Shown piece by piece: positions 35,589-46,766 of a DNA stretch of 47,612 bases. Both the position numbers and the translations under genes were made by a program. Position 1 is the first letter of the stretch; each line of letters begins with the position of its first letter. This DNA is from an uncultured bacterium (GTDB taxonomy: Bacteria; Verrucomicrobiota; Lentisphaeria; Oligosphaerales; Oligosphaeraceae), in assembly GCA_902776645.1 (NCBI GenBank), contig CACYQT010000031.1:1-47612 (forward strand), written 5' to 3'. The notes under the pieces were generated by a model that saw only the letters and a program-made list of their open reading frames with translations, was not told where the DNA came from and did no database searches.

Positions 35589-37338
35589 GTGCAACTCACA
35601 CGCATCCAGGGGCTTGAATCATTTCCATATTCTTCATTCATGTCATCCCAACCATCCATTTTCTCCAAACGCACGCTCTGCCAGGAGGCCTTCGACTGGC
35701 TGATGGGCCATTTTTCCAACCAGGCCCTCCTGCAATTCGCACAGGCCGACAACGAACGCAGACGCGCGTTGTCGTTCGGCGGTTTCCAGCTGACCGTCAG
35801 CACGGTCCGTTCCAAGACCATGCTGATGCGGCTCGCCCAAGGGGACATGCCGCGGCAGCTTCTGGACAAACTCGCCTGCATGGACGGCCCGTGGCAACCG
35901 CTCATCAACCTGCTCGCCGTCATCGATGAAAAATGGATGCTCGCCCATTGGCGAAACCTGCTGGAGGATTTTGACTGTCCGCAGGATATCGCCTTCGCGA
36001 TGACACGTCTCGAATCGCCTGCCGTCAAACGACTTGGCAACCGCCTGCTGAAAATCCCCTCCGTCTGGCGCGGCAAGGCGCCGTCCCTTTCGCCGGAAGC
36101 TCCCGTTCCTTTCTACAAGAAACAGCTCATGGAAGCCGCCGCAAGCCTCTGTGCATCCATCTGCAAACAAGAAGCTTCCACCGCTCCACAGACGCAACCG
36201 AATCAGAAGGCGGCGGAGACGGCCGAACCGGAAGCGTCCTCCCCAAAACTGCAGGACAAGCTGTTGAAGGAACAGGCCAGACGGCGTGAAATCCAACGTG
36301 AATTCAATGACTTCCAGCAAAAGGCGAAGGAACAGGAACAGGCGTTGAAGGCGAAAATCTCCGAACTGACGCTGTCACTCCACGAAACACGCGACTCCAT
36401 CGCCAGACGCCTCCGCGAACAGGATCTGCAGCATGACGCATTGCTGAAGGAGTTTCTCGAACAGCATTTCGGCTCCCACGACGATCTCGCCCTCAAGGCG
36501 GAGCAGGCCCAGTCCACTTCGGACGCGCTCCTTCTCACCATCGAAAAAATCATCGAAGAGCAGAAGCAGCTCGACCAGAAGCACGGCCTCAAGACACGCC
36601 TCCGCGAACAGCAGGCCAAGCTCGCCAGCGCCCTCGAAAAACTGAAGGCGATCACATTGGACTCCACGGTCCCATGTAAACACGCCGGAGACAGAGGCGG
36701 AACTCAAACGCCTTCAGGACTTTATCGAAACATCAGAGCAACATGGACTGATTCTGCCGGGCGAAAAGGAGACGCTCTTCAATCTCATCGCCAAACAGCA
36801 GGAGCTCCATCAGAACATTCGTCAGCTGAAATCCAAACACTTCCTCCCCAAAAGCGCGGAAGCGGAGGAAATCCTCCATCGAGACAAACAGGTCATTCTC
36901 GTCATGGCCAATTTCCTCGCCGTCCTGCCGTCCGTCAACATCGTCATCGACGCCTGCAATGTCATTCTGAAAAACGGTTCCCATTGGGAAAGAATCATCA
37001 ATAGCACCGCGCAAAACGGCTTCACCACCGCCTCCAGGCAGTTTATCGAACGCTGCCGCAAGAAATCGCATTTCTTCAATTCCATCACGATCATCTTCGA
37101 CAGCGTGAACCAGCTCAGCACGATTGAGACGGACGGAAACATGACCGTCGTCTACGCACGGCGCATCCAGGAGGAGCACAATGCCGATCTTGCCATCATC
37201 GACAAAATCGCCGGCTTGCATGAATCATCGGAAAAGGTCTGGCTGGTGACCGATGACACAGATCTAAAGAACGCCGTTGTCGACACTTGTGATGCCTATG
37301 TCATCCCCGAGGCCTTCACCAATTTCATTCTGGTCTGA
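35589..37338 (+). CDS. Coiled-coil protein with C-terminal NYN (YacP/Rae1-like) ribonuclease domain; reading frame interrupted by an apparent +1 shift near 36646-36682
   Basis: Frame-0 ORF (35589-) gives a sensible N-domain plus coiled coil up to ...EKLKAITLDSTVP, then Arg/Gln/His-rich nonsense. Frame +1 opens at 36646 and reads TPETEAELKRLQDFIE...coiled coil...VIDACNVILKNG...VWLVTDDTDLKNAVVDTCDAYVIPEAF (NYN-domain signature). This is either a true frameshifted pseudogene or an indel error. Confidence 0.5.
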
Positions 37339-37356
37339 CCATTCATTTCCTGAGAC

Positions 37357-38961
37357 ATGAAAATTCCCTGTATTGCCTTGTTTGTCTCGCTGGCCGCCAC
37401 CGCCCAGCTTGCCGATCCCGCCCTCATCCCGACAGTTGTCTTCAACTTTTCAGAGCTGAAATATGGCGCCGTCCCCCCTGTCCTGCATGACGGCGTCCTC
37501 TCTTTTTCATCCAATGAAACACAGACGACTTCGTCTCAACTCCCTAAGTCGTATTCACTTGCAAAAGGCATGAAACTTGAGATCGATCTGGCAAAACAAC
37601 TGAAAGTTCTTGTCAATTATCAAGGCGGAATTCGGCCGCATGCACAAGTGGTTGCATCCATCGCCAATACCTCCAGCTGGCATACAGCGGTCATCACCTT
37701 TGAACCACGTGGCTACGCCTTGACGCTGTCCATTGACAATGGACTCGTCGAAAAGGTCCCGCTGGATTCCGAATACGTCAACAAGGATGAATTCATGCCA
37801 ATCATCGGCAGCAGTTCTCTTGCAACACATACGGAACGCGGCCTGAATGCCGACATTAGAAGAATCGCCGTTACATCTCCATATGATCCCAATCCGCAGA
37901 ATGTTGCAACGATCAAACCAACCACTCCAATGGCGGGCGGCAAGCCAGTTGAGCACTTCACGATTTGCGCAGTCAATAACCGCCATCTGGCCTTTCCAGG
38001 CTTCGCCGTCCTTCCGAACGGCGATTGGGCGGCGGTTTTCCGCGAAGGCGAAGCCCATGTCTGTCCATATGGCCGCATCTGCATTGTCTACAGCAAAGAC
38101 AAAGGCCACCATTGGTCCGCGCCAATCTGTATTGCGGATTCCGCCAGCGACTTGCGCGATCCCTCCATCCACACTCTGCCAGACGGCCGAATTCTCGTGA
38201 CCCACGGCGGATGGAACAGCTGGATGCACTATGACAACACAAAAAAGCGCTTTCCGTCTGAAACAGAATACATTAAGCAAGCCGGACCGCAGAATTTCGG
38301 CGGCTCGTTCTATCTGTTCAGTTCCGACGGCGGCCAGACATGGACAAAATCAAAATCGCTTCCAGGCTTCGCACCGCATGGGCCATGCGTCGCTGACGGA
38401 CTTTTCTACCAGCCGACTATTTCCGTCCGAAACGGCCGACGTCTTGTCCAAATGGTCATCGGCAATGCGAACGCTACAGAATGGAAAGGCCCTTATCCCA
38501 TTGCGGACATTCCACAAAACAATCCGCTGGACTTTCAGGAGCCGCACACGACAAAACTATCTGACGGGACTTTGGTTACAGCTATCCGCGAACCAAATTT
38601 CGGCTTCATGTACATCAGTTTCTCAAAGGACGGCGGCGTAACGTGGAGCGAACCGAACAAGACGCCTGTCCGTGGCTTCCCGCCTCATCTTCTGCAACTG
38701 CGCGACGGTCGTCTTTTGGCCACCTACGGCTACCGCTACTATCCTTACGGTGTTCGGGCATGCCTGAGTTCAGACGGTGGTCGAACATGGGATATAGAAC
38801 ATGAAATCATCATTCAGAACAATGGTCTTGACATTGATTTAGGCTATCCCGTCACCGTGCAGTTGCAAGATGGATCGTTCGTCACCGTCTATTACCATCA
38901 GACGTCAGAACGCCCAACATGCTTCATCGAAGGAGCTCGCTGGCAGATTGGCAAAAACTGA
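37357..38961 (+). CDS. Secreted BNR-repeat sialidase-family (exo-alpha-sialidase/GH33-like) protein with N-terminal lectin-like domain
   Basis: 534 aa. Signal peptide; BNR/Asp-box motifs SSDGGQTWT, SKDGGVTWS, SSDGGRTWD; concanavalin-like N-terminal region. Confidence 0.7.
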   Translation: MKIPCIALFVSLAATAQLADPALIPTVVFNFSELKYGAVPPVLHDGVLSFSSNETQTTSSQLPKSYSLAKGMKLEIDLAKQLKVLVNYQGGIRPHAQVVASIANTSSWHTAVITFEPRGYALTLSIDNGLVEKVPLDSEYVNKDEFMPIIGSSSLATHTERGLNADIRRIAVTSPYDPNPQNVATIKPTTPMAGGKPVEHFTICAVNNRHLAFPGFAVLPNGDWAAVFREGEAHVCPYGRICIVYSKDKGHHWSAPICIADSASDLRDPSIHTLPDGRILVTHGGWNSWMHYDNTKKRFPSETEYIKQAGPQNFGGSFYLFSSDGGQTWTKSKSLPGFAPHGPCVADGLFYQPTISVRNGRRLVQMVIGNANATEWKGPYPIADIPQNNPLDFQEPHTTKLSDGTLVTAIREPNFGFMYISFSKDGGVTWSEPNKTPVRGFPPHLLQLRDGRLLATYGYRYYPYGVRACLSSDGGRTWDIEHEIIIQNNGLDIDLGYPVTVQLQDGSFVTVYYHQTSERPTCFIEGARWQIGKN

Positions 38962-38992
38962 TCCAATTCATTCAACCATAAGTACATGGCCT

Positions 38993-40531
38993 TCAATTCA
39001 CGCCGATTGATTTGATCTCCTCCGTATGCCGTTCGACGGAGCAGTTTTCAGCGGTGACGGAGCCGCAATTCGTCAGTTTCAGAACCATCGGTTTGCCATC
39101 CGTCTGGATGTTGTCCAGAAAGCGGATATTGTCCGCCAGGCAGCCTTGGATCGGGCAGTCCGTCTTGAAACGGCAATGCGTCACCGTGATATTCTTATGG
39201 TAATACGGTTCGCGTTCCGTTGGAAAGATTTGCGGTGTGATGCGGATGCTCGCCTTCGGCGTCGTGAACGACGTGTCGCGAATCGTCATGTCCCGCACGC
39301 CGCTGGATTCAAACCAGAAGGCGCCGTCGCCTGTCAGCAAAACAGGCAGGCCGATTTCGCAGTTTTCTATCAAAATCCGCCCCGCTGACTGGAAGCGCAG
39401 ATGCGAATTCGAATTGCGGAAAACGCAATTCCGCATCGTGATATCTGCTTGCGCGGTAAGGTTTTCCACCAAGCTTCCAACAATATGCGCCGCGACGGGA
39501 CGGTCCAGAAGAAGATCAATGAATTCACCGTCGATAATGGTCTTTTCAATGATTTCATATTCCGCTTCGATGTCCGTCGTCTTGTCGCGATGGATGGCGA
39601 TCCGGTCTCCGGCCGCGAAAATCGTATTGGCGGTCGTCTCGCCCAACTCCGTGTGTTTCAACGTAATATGGCGGCCATTCATCGCCTCCAGAAGATAGAA
39701 TTGACTGTGGATGTTGATCGCGTCGTCGATCATCCCTTCGAAAACGCAATCTGTGAAATGGAAATCTCCCGAACACGCAAACGCATGAACGGCGTCCGCT
39801 TGGTTCGTGATAATTCCCTGCGATTCATGGTCATACATGAAACGGACTTTTTCCAGATAGATGTTGTTCGTATGGATCGGGAGGACGCCCATGCCCGGCC
39901 CGTTGATGACACGGACGTTCTCCAGCCGGATGTTGCGGCTTTCATAGATGAAAAACGTGGAATAGTTCCGCCGTTCATGGCCGATGGCGATGATGCAGCC
40001 GATTTTGAAGCAATCATGCACAGGGCCATGAAGCCGTATGACACCATCATTCAAATCCTCCGCGACATATTGATGGACCGTGAACGGAAACGACGGATCG
40101 CGATGGATGGTCCTGCCTATCATGCACAACGGCGCGCCAATGCCGTCATGTGTCTCTGCATCAAAGCATTGCATAAGATGATGCGGGTTGAGCTTGACAT
40201 CGATATATCCGTCTCCACGCGCCATGACCGTCGCCTCCGTAAAGGACGCGCGGTCATGGATGATCGTCACATTCCGAATCGTCACGCCGTCGCATCGCTC
40301 CATGACAAACGGCTGCATTTTCCCATGAAGCATCAGCTTCGCCCCATTGAAATCAAGCGTGACATTCCGTTTGTTCTCCAGCAAAACAGCCGTCTTCACC
40401 ACGCCGCCATCCTTGCGGAATTTCATGTCATACAACATGCAATCATCCGGCCGCACATGATAGACCGTCTGATCGCCAACATACTCTGCATCATCCTTCC
40501 AGTCATTCGGAATCAACAACTTCTGCTTCAT
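38993..40531 (-). CDS. Right-handed parallel beta-helix repeat protein (putative polysaccharide hydrolase/lyase)
   Basis: 512 aa. Repeated short beta-strand rungs (NVTI, IRLENVRVING, NIYLEKVRF, MRNCVFRNS, ENCEIG) typical of pectate-lyase-fold CAZymes. No signal peptide. Confidence 0.6.
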   Translation of the reverse strand: MKQKLLIPNDWKDDAEYVGDQTVYHVRPDDCMLYDMKFRKDGGVVKTAVLLENKRNVTLDFNGAKLMLHGKMQPFVMERCDGVTIRNVTIIHDRASFTEATVMARGDGYIDVKLNPHHLMQCFDAETHDGIGAPLCMIGRTIHRDPSFPFTVHQYVAEDLNDGVIRLHGPVHDCFKIGCIIAIGHERRNYSTFFIYESRNIRLENVRVINGPGMGVLPIHTNNIYLEKVRFMYDHESQGIITNQADAVHAFACSGDFHFTDCVFEGMIDDAINIHSQFYLLEAMNGRHITLKHTELGETTANTIFAAGDRIAIHRDKTTDIEAEYEIIEKTIIDGEFIDLLLDRPVAAHIVGSLVENLTAQADITMRNCVFRNSNSHLRFQSAGRILIENCEIGLPVLLTGDGAFWFESSGVRDMTIRDTSFTTPKASIRITPQIFPTEREPYYHKNITVTHCRFKTDCPIQGCLADNIRFLDNIQTDGKPMVLKLTNCGSVTAENCSVERHTEEIKSIGVN

Positions 40532-40783
40532 GTCCAGTATCCTTTAATGTTTTCCATAAACAAAATCCGTCGTTTTCCACCGAATGCATTCCCCGTACAA
40601 GTTCAATATAATCCACCGTTTCCATCTGCATATTTTTCTGCAGGACAAAAATACGGTCTGTCCGCCTAACAACGTCAATTTCATTTTCAAAAAATCATCA
40701 AGCCTGTTTTTTAATTGCCTGCATGCATTGAACATTTCTTAACCGTTCGATGAAAGCCCCAATGTGAATTAGACAGCGAAAGG

Positions 40784-43510
40784 CTATTCGCAGATTAGTT
40801 CGTATGCAAAGACCAGATGGTTTTCGAATCGAACAGTGTTGGCAATAAAGGACTTACCATTTTGGTCTTCATCAAGGCTGATCTCATCAAGTCGCGTACC
40901 GTCCAGATCAAGCGCATAGAGCGTTTTTGCCCGCGCAGGCAACCGGAAGAGCGCGGTGCCTCTTTTCCCCAAAGGGGGATTTTTGGTATATTTGACGACT
41001 TGTGAAAACGTGTTGTCGGCAAACGTCATACCCTCCGCCTCCACATTGGTGATATGGAACAACAGGATCCTCTTAGACTCGCTCAAGTCATGTCCATCCA
41101 TCGAGGCGGCGCTAATGGAACAGAAGCTGTCGGGATTCTCCACTGAGAGAAAATCGCCTGTTGCGGAAACACCCTCCGGCAAGACGAAAGATTCATGACG
41201 TGGCGTGACCGCTTTCATGGAATGCGTGGCCAGATCGGTGACGATTTGGCCGTCTTCCGTTGTCAGGAAACGGCCATCGGAAAGCTTTTTCCCAAGGATG
41301 GCCTCCAGTTTTTCAACAGGAGAGAGCACATTGTCGTTGAGCGCGGGCACGTTGAGGCGAGAGACATCCAGGCTGGAATCCAGCGAATATACCGCGCTGG
41401 AGTCCGCAGGCAATGGCGGCACGATGTCGCCATTGCCGTTGTGGTATGCAAGCGTGAGGCGGACATGGGCCTGCAACTTGCTGGCAGCTGCTGGAATCGC
41501 TGTCGTCTTGCCTTTCGGAATCACCACCACGACGCTCCTTTTCGGAGCCTTGATGTCGCCGCGCCGCAAGAAGAGCATTGCGATACGTTCGGACATCCAT
41601 TTCACGGGATCGTTCACGGAATCGAACCAATCGATCCAAACGCGCTGGAAAAGTGCGTCAACGTTATGCGAATACGCGAAATGCCAGATGCCGGAAAAGC
41701 CTTGGAAGGCAAGATAGGCGCCGTATGCCAGCCCCTCTTCGGAGCGATGCGTGTTTGGATAGACGAAATCGCTTTCCGTCATGAACATGGGCTTTCCCTC
41801 AAGGCGCGGAGCGATCCATGAGCCAAAATTCGCATGTTGCGAACGGATGATGCTGATGTTGTGGGTGTACCATGACGGGAAGTTCGGATGGTCCCAGTAG
41901 GCATGGGTGTCTAGAAAGTCCAGCCTCATGCGATTTTCCGGATAAACGGTTTCGTTGCTGCTGTTCTGGTCTGAAATCAAGCATTTGACGCCCAGTTCAT
42001 TGCGCATGAAGGAATGCATGTCCTGGTAGAAGGAGACGAATACAGACGAAAGATAGTCGGTGTAGAGCCGCAGCCGCGTTTCGGGGGTGATGGCGATGCC
42101 TTTGCGCGCGCAGTCTTCTTCAAAGTCTTTCTCGAAACGCTTCTTGAGCGGTCCGGAGCAAAGGCCGATGTATTTGATGACGTTGACGATAAGGGAATCC
42201 TCGTTGACCATGCCGATGTAGAGGAACGCGGGATCCTCCCCCCAGGTCATTCCCGTGTATGGATTTACATGCTTGAACACTGCTCGGGCGAAATCCTTGA
42301 GGTCGTTGCGGACTTCCGGATAGAACTGCACCGCGCATTTGTAGTCGCGGCCGTTTTTGATTTCAGGGCAGATTTTGTGCAATTTTTCCAAGTCGGGCTC
42401 GCGGCTGTTGTAAAGTTCCGTGACCAGATAGATCCCGTGTTTTTTCATCGCATAGACCAGATAGTCCAGTTGGTCGCGTTTGATTTCGTCAATGACGAAA
42501 TTTCCATTCGCGTCCGTTTTGGCGATATAAGGGTCATAGTGGTGGATTCGCAAGGAATTGTAGCCGAGCGCGGCCAGCCGTTCGGCAAGCGTGTCGGCCT
42601 CCTCATGAGAAAGGAAAAGGCCGCTCATGCAGAGATTGGTCCCGTAGAAACGGATCGGCTCATCACTGTCTCGCGGGTAAAGGAGGCCGTTTCGGTTTTC
42701 AATGGGGCCGAACTTGCCGGCGGGCCGGTGGTTCATGAATGAAAAATCCAGAATCGAGCCGCGTTTGACTTCCCGCAAAACGGCAAACGGCCTGAAATCG
42801 TCTCCACGACGCACTTGCACCGGGACGATTTTCGGAAAGGCGAACGGCGTGTCCAGACCAGTGGCCGCCAGAACAATCCATGTTCCGGACTTTCCTTTAA
42901 GAAAACTGATGGATTCCACTTCCTTGTCCTGAATGGGATATGCGGAATAGAATATCCCGCGGTTGAAATTTTCCGCGTCCAGGGAACGCCACGCCATTCT
43001 GCCGTTTGGAAAATCGCGTGGATACTGCCAGTCGCCGAGATCGTTTTCGCCAACCACGTCGAAATTGTCTTCCGTTTCATCCTTGTAGCGGACATTGAGG
43101 ATGCCGATCACAGCGCCTTTGCCCGGCATCCATGCGCTGGTGTGCAGAAGAAACAATGTGCGCATTCGCATGGACGGCACGGGAAGCGTGACTTTCTTCT
43201 GCGGATAGAACCAGCAGAAATAGCTGTTGGTCATCACGATGTTCCTGCCGCCGTTCTGTTTCGGATCCAAAAGCGTGAATTCGACTTCTGGAAGTTTCAG
43301 GATGCCGGGCTTCAGGGCCCGAAGGTCGTTGTCCGGCCCCTGGTCTATGAAATTCTTGAAGTCGCCCGCAAGATCGTCTATCGACGACGTGTTTGCGATG
43401 GAGCTCAAGTCAAGCATCCGCATTTCTGAATGAACAGTGGATGCCATCGTGAGCAGGACGCAGGACAGACACAGCGCATGATGCAGGCGTGGGTATTTTA
43501 TCAAGCACAT
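40784..43510 (-). CDS. Secreted TIM-barrel glycoside hydrolase (GH5/GH42-like clan GH-A, family not determinable)
   Basis: ORF 40784-43555. Start chosen at M16 (MCLIKYPRLHHALCLSCVLLTMASTVHS is signal-peptide-like). GTNLCMSGLFLSHEEADTLAERLAALGYNSLRIHHYD resembles the clan GH-A beta-strand 1-3 region. Confidence 0.6.
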   Translation of the reverse strand: MCLIKYPRLHHALCLSCVLLTMASTVHSEMRMLDLSSIANTSSIDDLAGDFKNFIDQGPDNDLRALKPGILKLPEVEFTLLDPKQNGGRNIVMTNSYFCWFYPQKKVTLPVPSMRMRTLFLLHTSAWMPGKGAVIGILNVRYKDETEDNFDVVGENDLGDWQYPRDFPNGRMAWRSLDAENFNRGIFYSAYPIQDKEVESISFLKGKSGTWIVLAATGLDTPFAFPKIVPVQVRRGDDFRPFAVLREVKRGSILDFSFMNHRPAGKFGPIENRNGLLYPRDSDEPIRFYGTNLCMSGLFLSHEEADTLAERLAALGYNSLRIHHYDPYIAKTDANGNFVIDEIKRDQLDYLVYAMKKHGIYLVTELYNSREPDLEKLHKICPEIKNGRDYKCAVQFYPEVRNDLKDFARAVFKHVNPYTGMTWGEDPAFLYIGMVNEDSLIVNVIKYIGLCSGPLKKRFEKDFEEDCARKGIAITPETRLRLYTDYLSSVFVSFYQDMHSFMRNELGVKCLISDQNSSNETVYPENRMRLDFLDTHAYWDHPNFPSWYTHNISIIRSQHANFGSWIAPRLEGKPMFMTESDFVYPNTHRSEEGLAYGAYLAFQGFSGIWHFAYSHNVDALFQRVWIDWFDSVNDPVKWMSERIAMLFLRRGDIKAPKRSVVVVIPKGKTTAIPAAASKLQAHVRLTLAYHNGNGDIVPPLPADSSAVYSLDSSLDVSRLNVPALNDNVLSPVEKLEAILGKKLSDGRFLTTEDGQIVTDLATHSMKAVTPRHESFVLPEGVSATGDFLSVENPDSFCSISAASMDGHDLSESKRILLFHITNVEAEGMTFADNTFSQVVKYTKNPPLGKRGTALFRLPARAKTLYALDLDGTRLDEISLDEDQNGKSFIANTVRFENHLVFAYELICE

Positions 43511-43824
43511 GAAGCGATTCCTTTTGAGTGAATCAAAACTATGCGTGGCGATCATTAATCAGGCTTGATCATTATTGTAATGCCTAAATCCATAAACGCA
43601 ACGATTGCCCCGCGCACTGCATAAGACAAAGTAACCAAGGCGACAAATAGCGCAATCACGATAGGCGGACTATCCGCCGAATGGCCGCCAATGCCTAAAA
43701 TCCCCCATATCTTCTCCGCCCTGCCTAGTTGTCAACATCAATTAAAGTATTATATTTATAGTTTAATTTTTTCAATGTTTCCGTAACCGTTCAACTGGTT
43801 GTCATCAGGAGGTTCATCAAGAGC

Positions 43825-44814
43825 ATGTCATCATCAAAAGTCCGTGTCTATTTCCTCTCATCGGGACGCATCGGCATTCCGATCGTGGATGCTTTGTGCC
43901 ATGACACGGAACTGGAACTCGTCGGTATCGGTTCCCAGCCGGACAAAGAGGCGGGCCGCAAGAAGAAGCTCGCCCCCACGCCGCTTGCCAAACATGTGCA
44001 GGAGGAACTCAACCTCTCAGTGGAGAAGCCTGCCACCGTCAACTCGCCGGATTTTCTCGAACACCTCAAAGATCTTGGCGTTGAACTGCTTGTCGTCGCC
44101 TCTTTCGGGCAGATCCTGAAGCCCGCCCTTCTTGATTTGCCACGTTTTGGCTGCCTGAACGTCCATGCGTCGCTTCTGCCGAAATACCGCGGCGCGGCCC
44201 CCATCTCCCAAGTCATTCTCGACGGTGACGAAGAGACCGGCGTGACATTCATGAAGATGGATCCCGGCCTGGACACGGGCCCGATCTATTGCGAATCAAA
44301 ATGTCGCATCTGCCCGACAGAAAATGTCGTCCAGTTGGAGGACAGGCTCGGGGAACTCGCGGCGGGAAGCATCGGAGACGTCATCCGCAAAATTGCGGAC
44401 GGAAGCCTTAATCCGCGTCCGCAACCGGCCGAAGGCTCCACATACGCGAAAAAAATCAAAAAAACGGACGGCGCGGCCGACTGGAATCTGCCTGCCACAG
44501 TGCTTGCAAGAAAAGTCCGCGCCTACTATTCCTGGCCGTCGCTCTTCGCCCTCCTGCCCATTAGCGGCAACTATAAGCGAATCAGCATCAAAGAAGCGGC
44601 GCCCATCGATTTACAACATGCCTCCAAGCCCGGCACGATTCTTGTCGCGACTCCCAAGTCGCTTGTCATCGCATGCGGGCAAGGAGCGCTCAACATCATC
44701 AGACTCATCCCCGAAGGAAAAAAAGAAATGTCAGCATCGGAATTCCTTCGCGGGACGCAAGTCGCCGAAGGCGACGAATTGCCGCCTTCCACGGGAGATT
44801 TTCTGACTCAATGA
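43825..44814 (+). CDS. fmt: Methionyl-tRNA formyltransferase
   Basis: 329 aa. Formyltransferase motif NVHASLLPKYRGAAPISQVI; typical Fmt C-terminal domain. Confidence 0.85.
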   Translation: MSSSKVRVYFLSSGRIGIPIVDALCHDTELELVGIGSQPDKEAGRKKKLAPTPLAKHVQEELNLSVEKPATVNSPDFLEHLKDLGVELLVVASFGQILKPALLDLPRFGCLNVHASLLPKYRGAAPISQVILDGDEETGVTFMKMDPGLDTGPIYCESKCRICPTENVVQLEDRLGELAAGSIGDVIRKIADGSLNPRPQPAEGSTYAKKIKKTDGAADWNLPATVLARKVRAYYSWPSLFALLPISGNYKRISIKEAAPIDLQHASKPGTILVATPKSLVIACGQGALNIIRLIPEGKKEMSASEFLRGTQVAEGDELPPSTGDFLTQ

Positions 44815-46721
44815 AGCAAATTCTAATCAATAACGAAGAAATGCAAATCCGCGTCGCCGTCGTCCAAGATGGTGTATTGCAGGACTTTTTCATGGAACGC
44901 ACGAACCGCGACCAGCTCGTCGGTTCGATTTTCAAAGGCAGAATCAAGAATCTGGAGCCTTCCCTTCAGGCCGCTTTCGTCGATATCGGCTGCGGAAAGA
45001 ACGCATTCCTGCATTACTGGGACATGCTGCCCGCCACGCAGGACATGCTGGAGGACGAACAGGACGAAGAGGACACGAACCGCGAGAACGAACGTCCACC
45101 GCAACCGTCCGACGCCGCGCCCCAAGAGGTCGCGCAGCCCGTGCCGCAGCCCCAGAACGCCACGCAATCCAGAAGACATCGGTCGAAGCATCAGCGCAAT
45201 GCGGCTCAGCAGTTGCAAACGCCTGCGCCGCAGCAACAACCTGTGCAGGAACCAGCGAAGCCCGAAGCCCCAAAGAAAGGCTTTCTGGCCCGCATTCTGG
45301 ACTTCTTCGCGCGTCGTAAGGACACAGCGGCGGCAACCGTGACGGAAACCGCTCAACCTGTTCCCGCACCGACGGAAGACGCGTCGCAGAAATTGCCCAA
45401 AAACAACAACGCCACCCAGAGCGGAAAGAACCGTCACAAGAAGAACAAACAGCCACGCAAACCGATGCCGACCGTCGATGACATCCCCAACCTCTTCAAG
45501 GTCGACCAGGAGATTCTCGTGCAAGTCACGAAAGGCCCCATCGGCACGAAAGGTTCGCGAGTCACCACAAATCTTTCCATTCCAGGACGTTATCTTGTTC
45601 TTCTTCCGAATTCGCCGCACATCGGCGTCTCGCGCAAGGTGGAGGAGAAGGCCGAACGGGAACGCCTCCGCAAGATGGTCAAAGGCCTCGAGCTGCCCGG
45701 AAACAACATGGGCCTCATCTGCCGCACCGTCGGCGAAGGCTGTAAAATCGAACATTTCCAACGCGATCTGGACATGCTGGTGGAAGCCTGGCAGAACGGC
45801 GAGAAGAAGGCCGAATCCAAACGCGCCCCCGTCTGCGTCTACCAGGAGCCGGATCTTGCGGAACGCGCCCTCCGCGACTGCCTTACGGAAGATGTCGATG
45901 AAATCGTCACGGATTCACAGGAGACGTACGACCGCGCCGTCTCGCTCATGAACCGCTACAGCCTCAACGACACGATCAAAGTAAAACTCTACCAGAATCC
46001 GACGCCGATCTTCCAGAAATACAATCTGAACCAGCAGATCGACGGCATCTACAACCGCAAGGTCAACCTGCCTGGCGGCGGATACATCTGCATCGACGAA
46101 ACGGAGGCGCTCATCGCCATCGACGTCAACACCGGCAAGAACAAGTCCGGAAAAGACCAGCCGGAGACGATTCTCGCCACCAATCTCGAAGCCGTCGCGG
46201 AAATCGCCCGCCAGATCCGCCTGCGCAACGTCGGCGGTCTCGTCGTGCTCGATCTGATCGACATGGCGGACAAGAAAGACCAGCAGCTCGTCTACAAGAC
46301 GCTGAAGGAGCATCTGGCCAAAGATCGTGCACGCACACGCGCGTATCCCATTTCACCGCTGGGACTTCTGGAAATGACGCGGCAACGCGAAAACGAGTCG
46401 TTGGAAAGCTCCACGTTCGACAACTGCCCGTACTGCAAAGGACGCGGCCTCGTGAAATCCACCACCAGCATGAGCGTCGAAATCCAGCGGAAACTGAACG
46501 AAGTCCTTGCGAAACGCAAACGCAACAACCTCCTGAAGCCCGCGCATCCGTTCAAGATCACGGCCAACCCCAAGATTCTGGAACGGTTCAAGAACGAAGA
46601 CAAGAAAGTCCTGCAAGGCATAGAGGACGACTACAACGTCCGCATCAGCCTCCAGCCCGATCCGTCCTTCCATATCGAAGAGTACAAGCTCCACGACGCC
46701 GCCTCTGGCATGGAGCTTTAA
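44811..46721 (+). CDS. rng: Ribonuclease G/E family (RNase G-like) with an inserted Gln/Pro-rich low-complexity segment
   Basis: Start MKQILINN at 44811 overlapping the fmt stop (ATGA). S1 domain; DNase-I-like catalytic region ...IDVNTGK (Asp pair); Zn-link DNCPYCKGRG. The listed ORF start at 44673 is an upstream in-frame extension. Confidence 0.8.
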   Translation: MKQILINNEEMQIRVAVVQDGVLQDFFMERTNRDQLVGSIFKGRIKNLEPSLQAAFVDIGCGKNAFLHYWDMLPATQDMLEDEQDEEDTNRENERPPQPSDAAPQEVAQPVPQPQNATQSRRHRSKHQRNAAQQLQTPAPQQQPVQEPAKPEAPKKGFLARILDFFARRKDTAAATVTETAQPVPAPTEDASQKLPKNNNATQSGKNRHKKNKQPRKPMPTVDDIPNLFKVDQEILVQVTKGPIGTKGSRVTTNLSIPGRYLVLLPNSPHIGVSRKVEEKAERERLRKMVKGLELPGNNMGLICRTVGEGCKIEHFQRDLDMLVEAWQNGEKKAESKRAPVCVYQEPDLAERALRDCLTEDVDEIVTDSQETYDRAVSLMNRYSLNDTIKVKLYQNPTPIFQKYNLNQQIDGIYNRKVNLPGGGYICIDETEALIAIDVNTGKNKSGKDQPETILATNLEAVAEIARQIRLRNVGGLVVLDLIDMADKKDQQLVYKTLKEHLAKDRARTRAYPISPLGLLEMTRQRENESLESSTFDNCPYCKGRGLVKSTTSMSVEIQRKLNEVLAKRKRNNLLKPAHPFKITANPKILERFKNEDKKVLQGIEDDYNVRISLQPDPSFHIEEYKLHDAASGMEL

Positions 46722-46766
46722 GAAATATCCTGATTATAAGCTACTTACCATAAGTCACAGTCAAGC

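Noticed and set aside
44823-45761. 312-aa minus-strand ORF
   Set aside because: Antisense to rng, within its Gln/Pro-rich low-complexity insert; no motifs.
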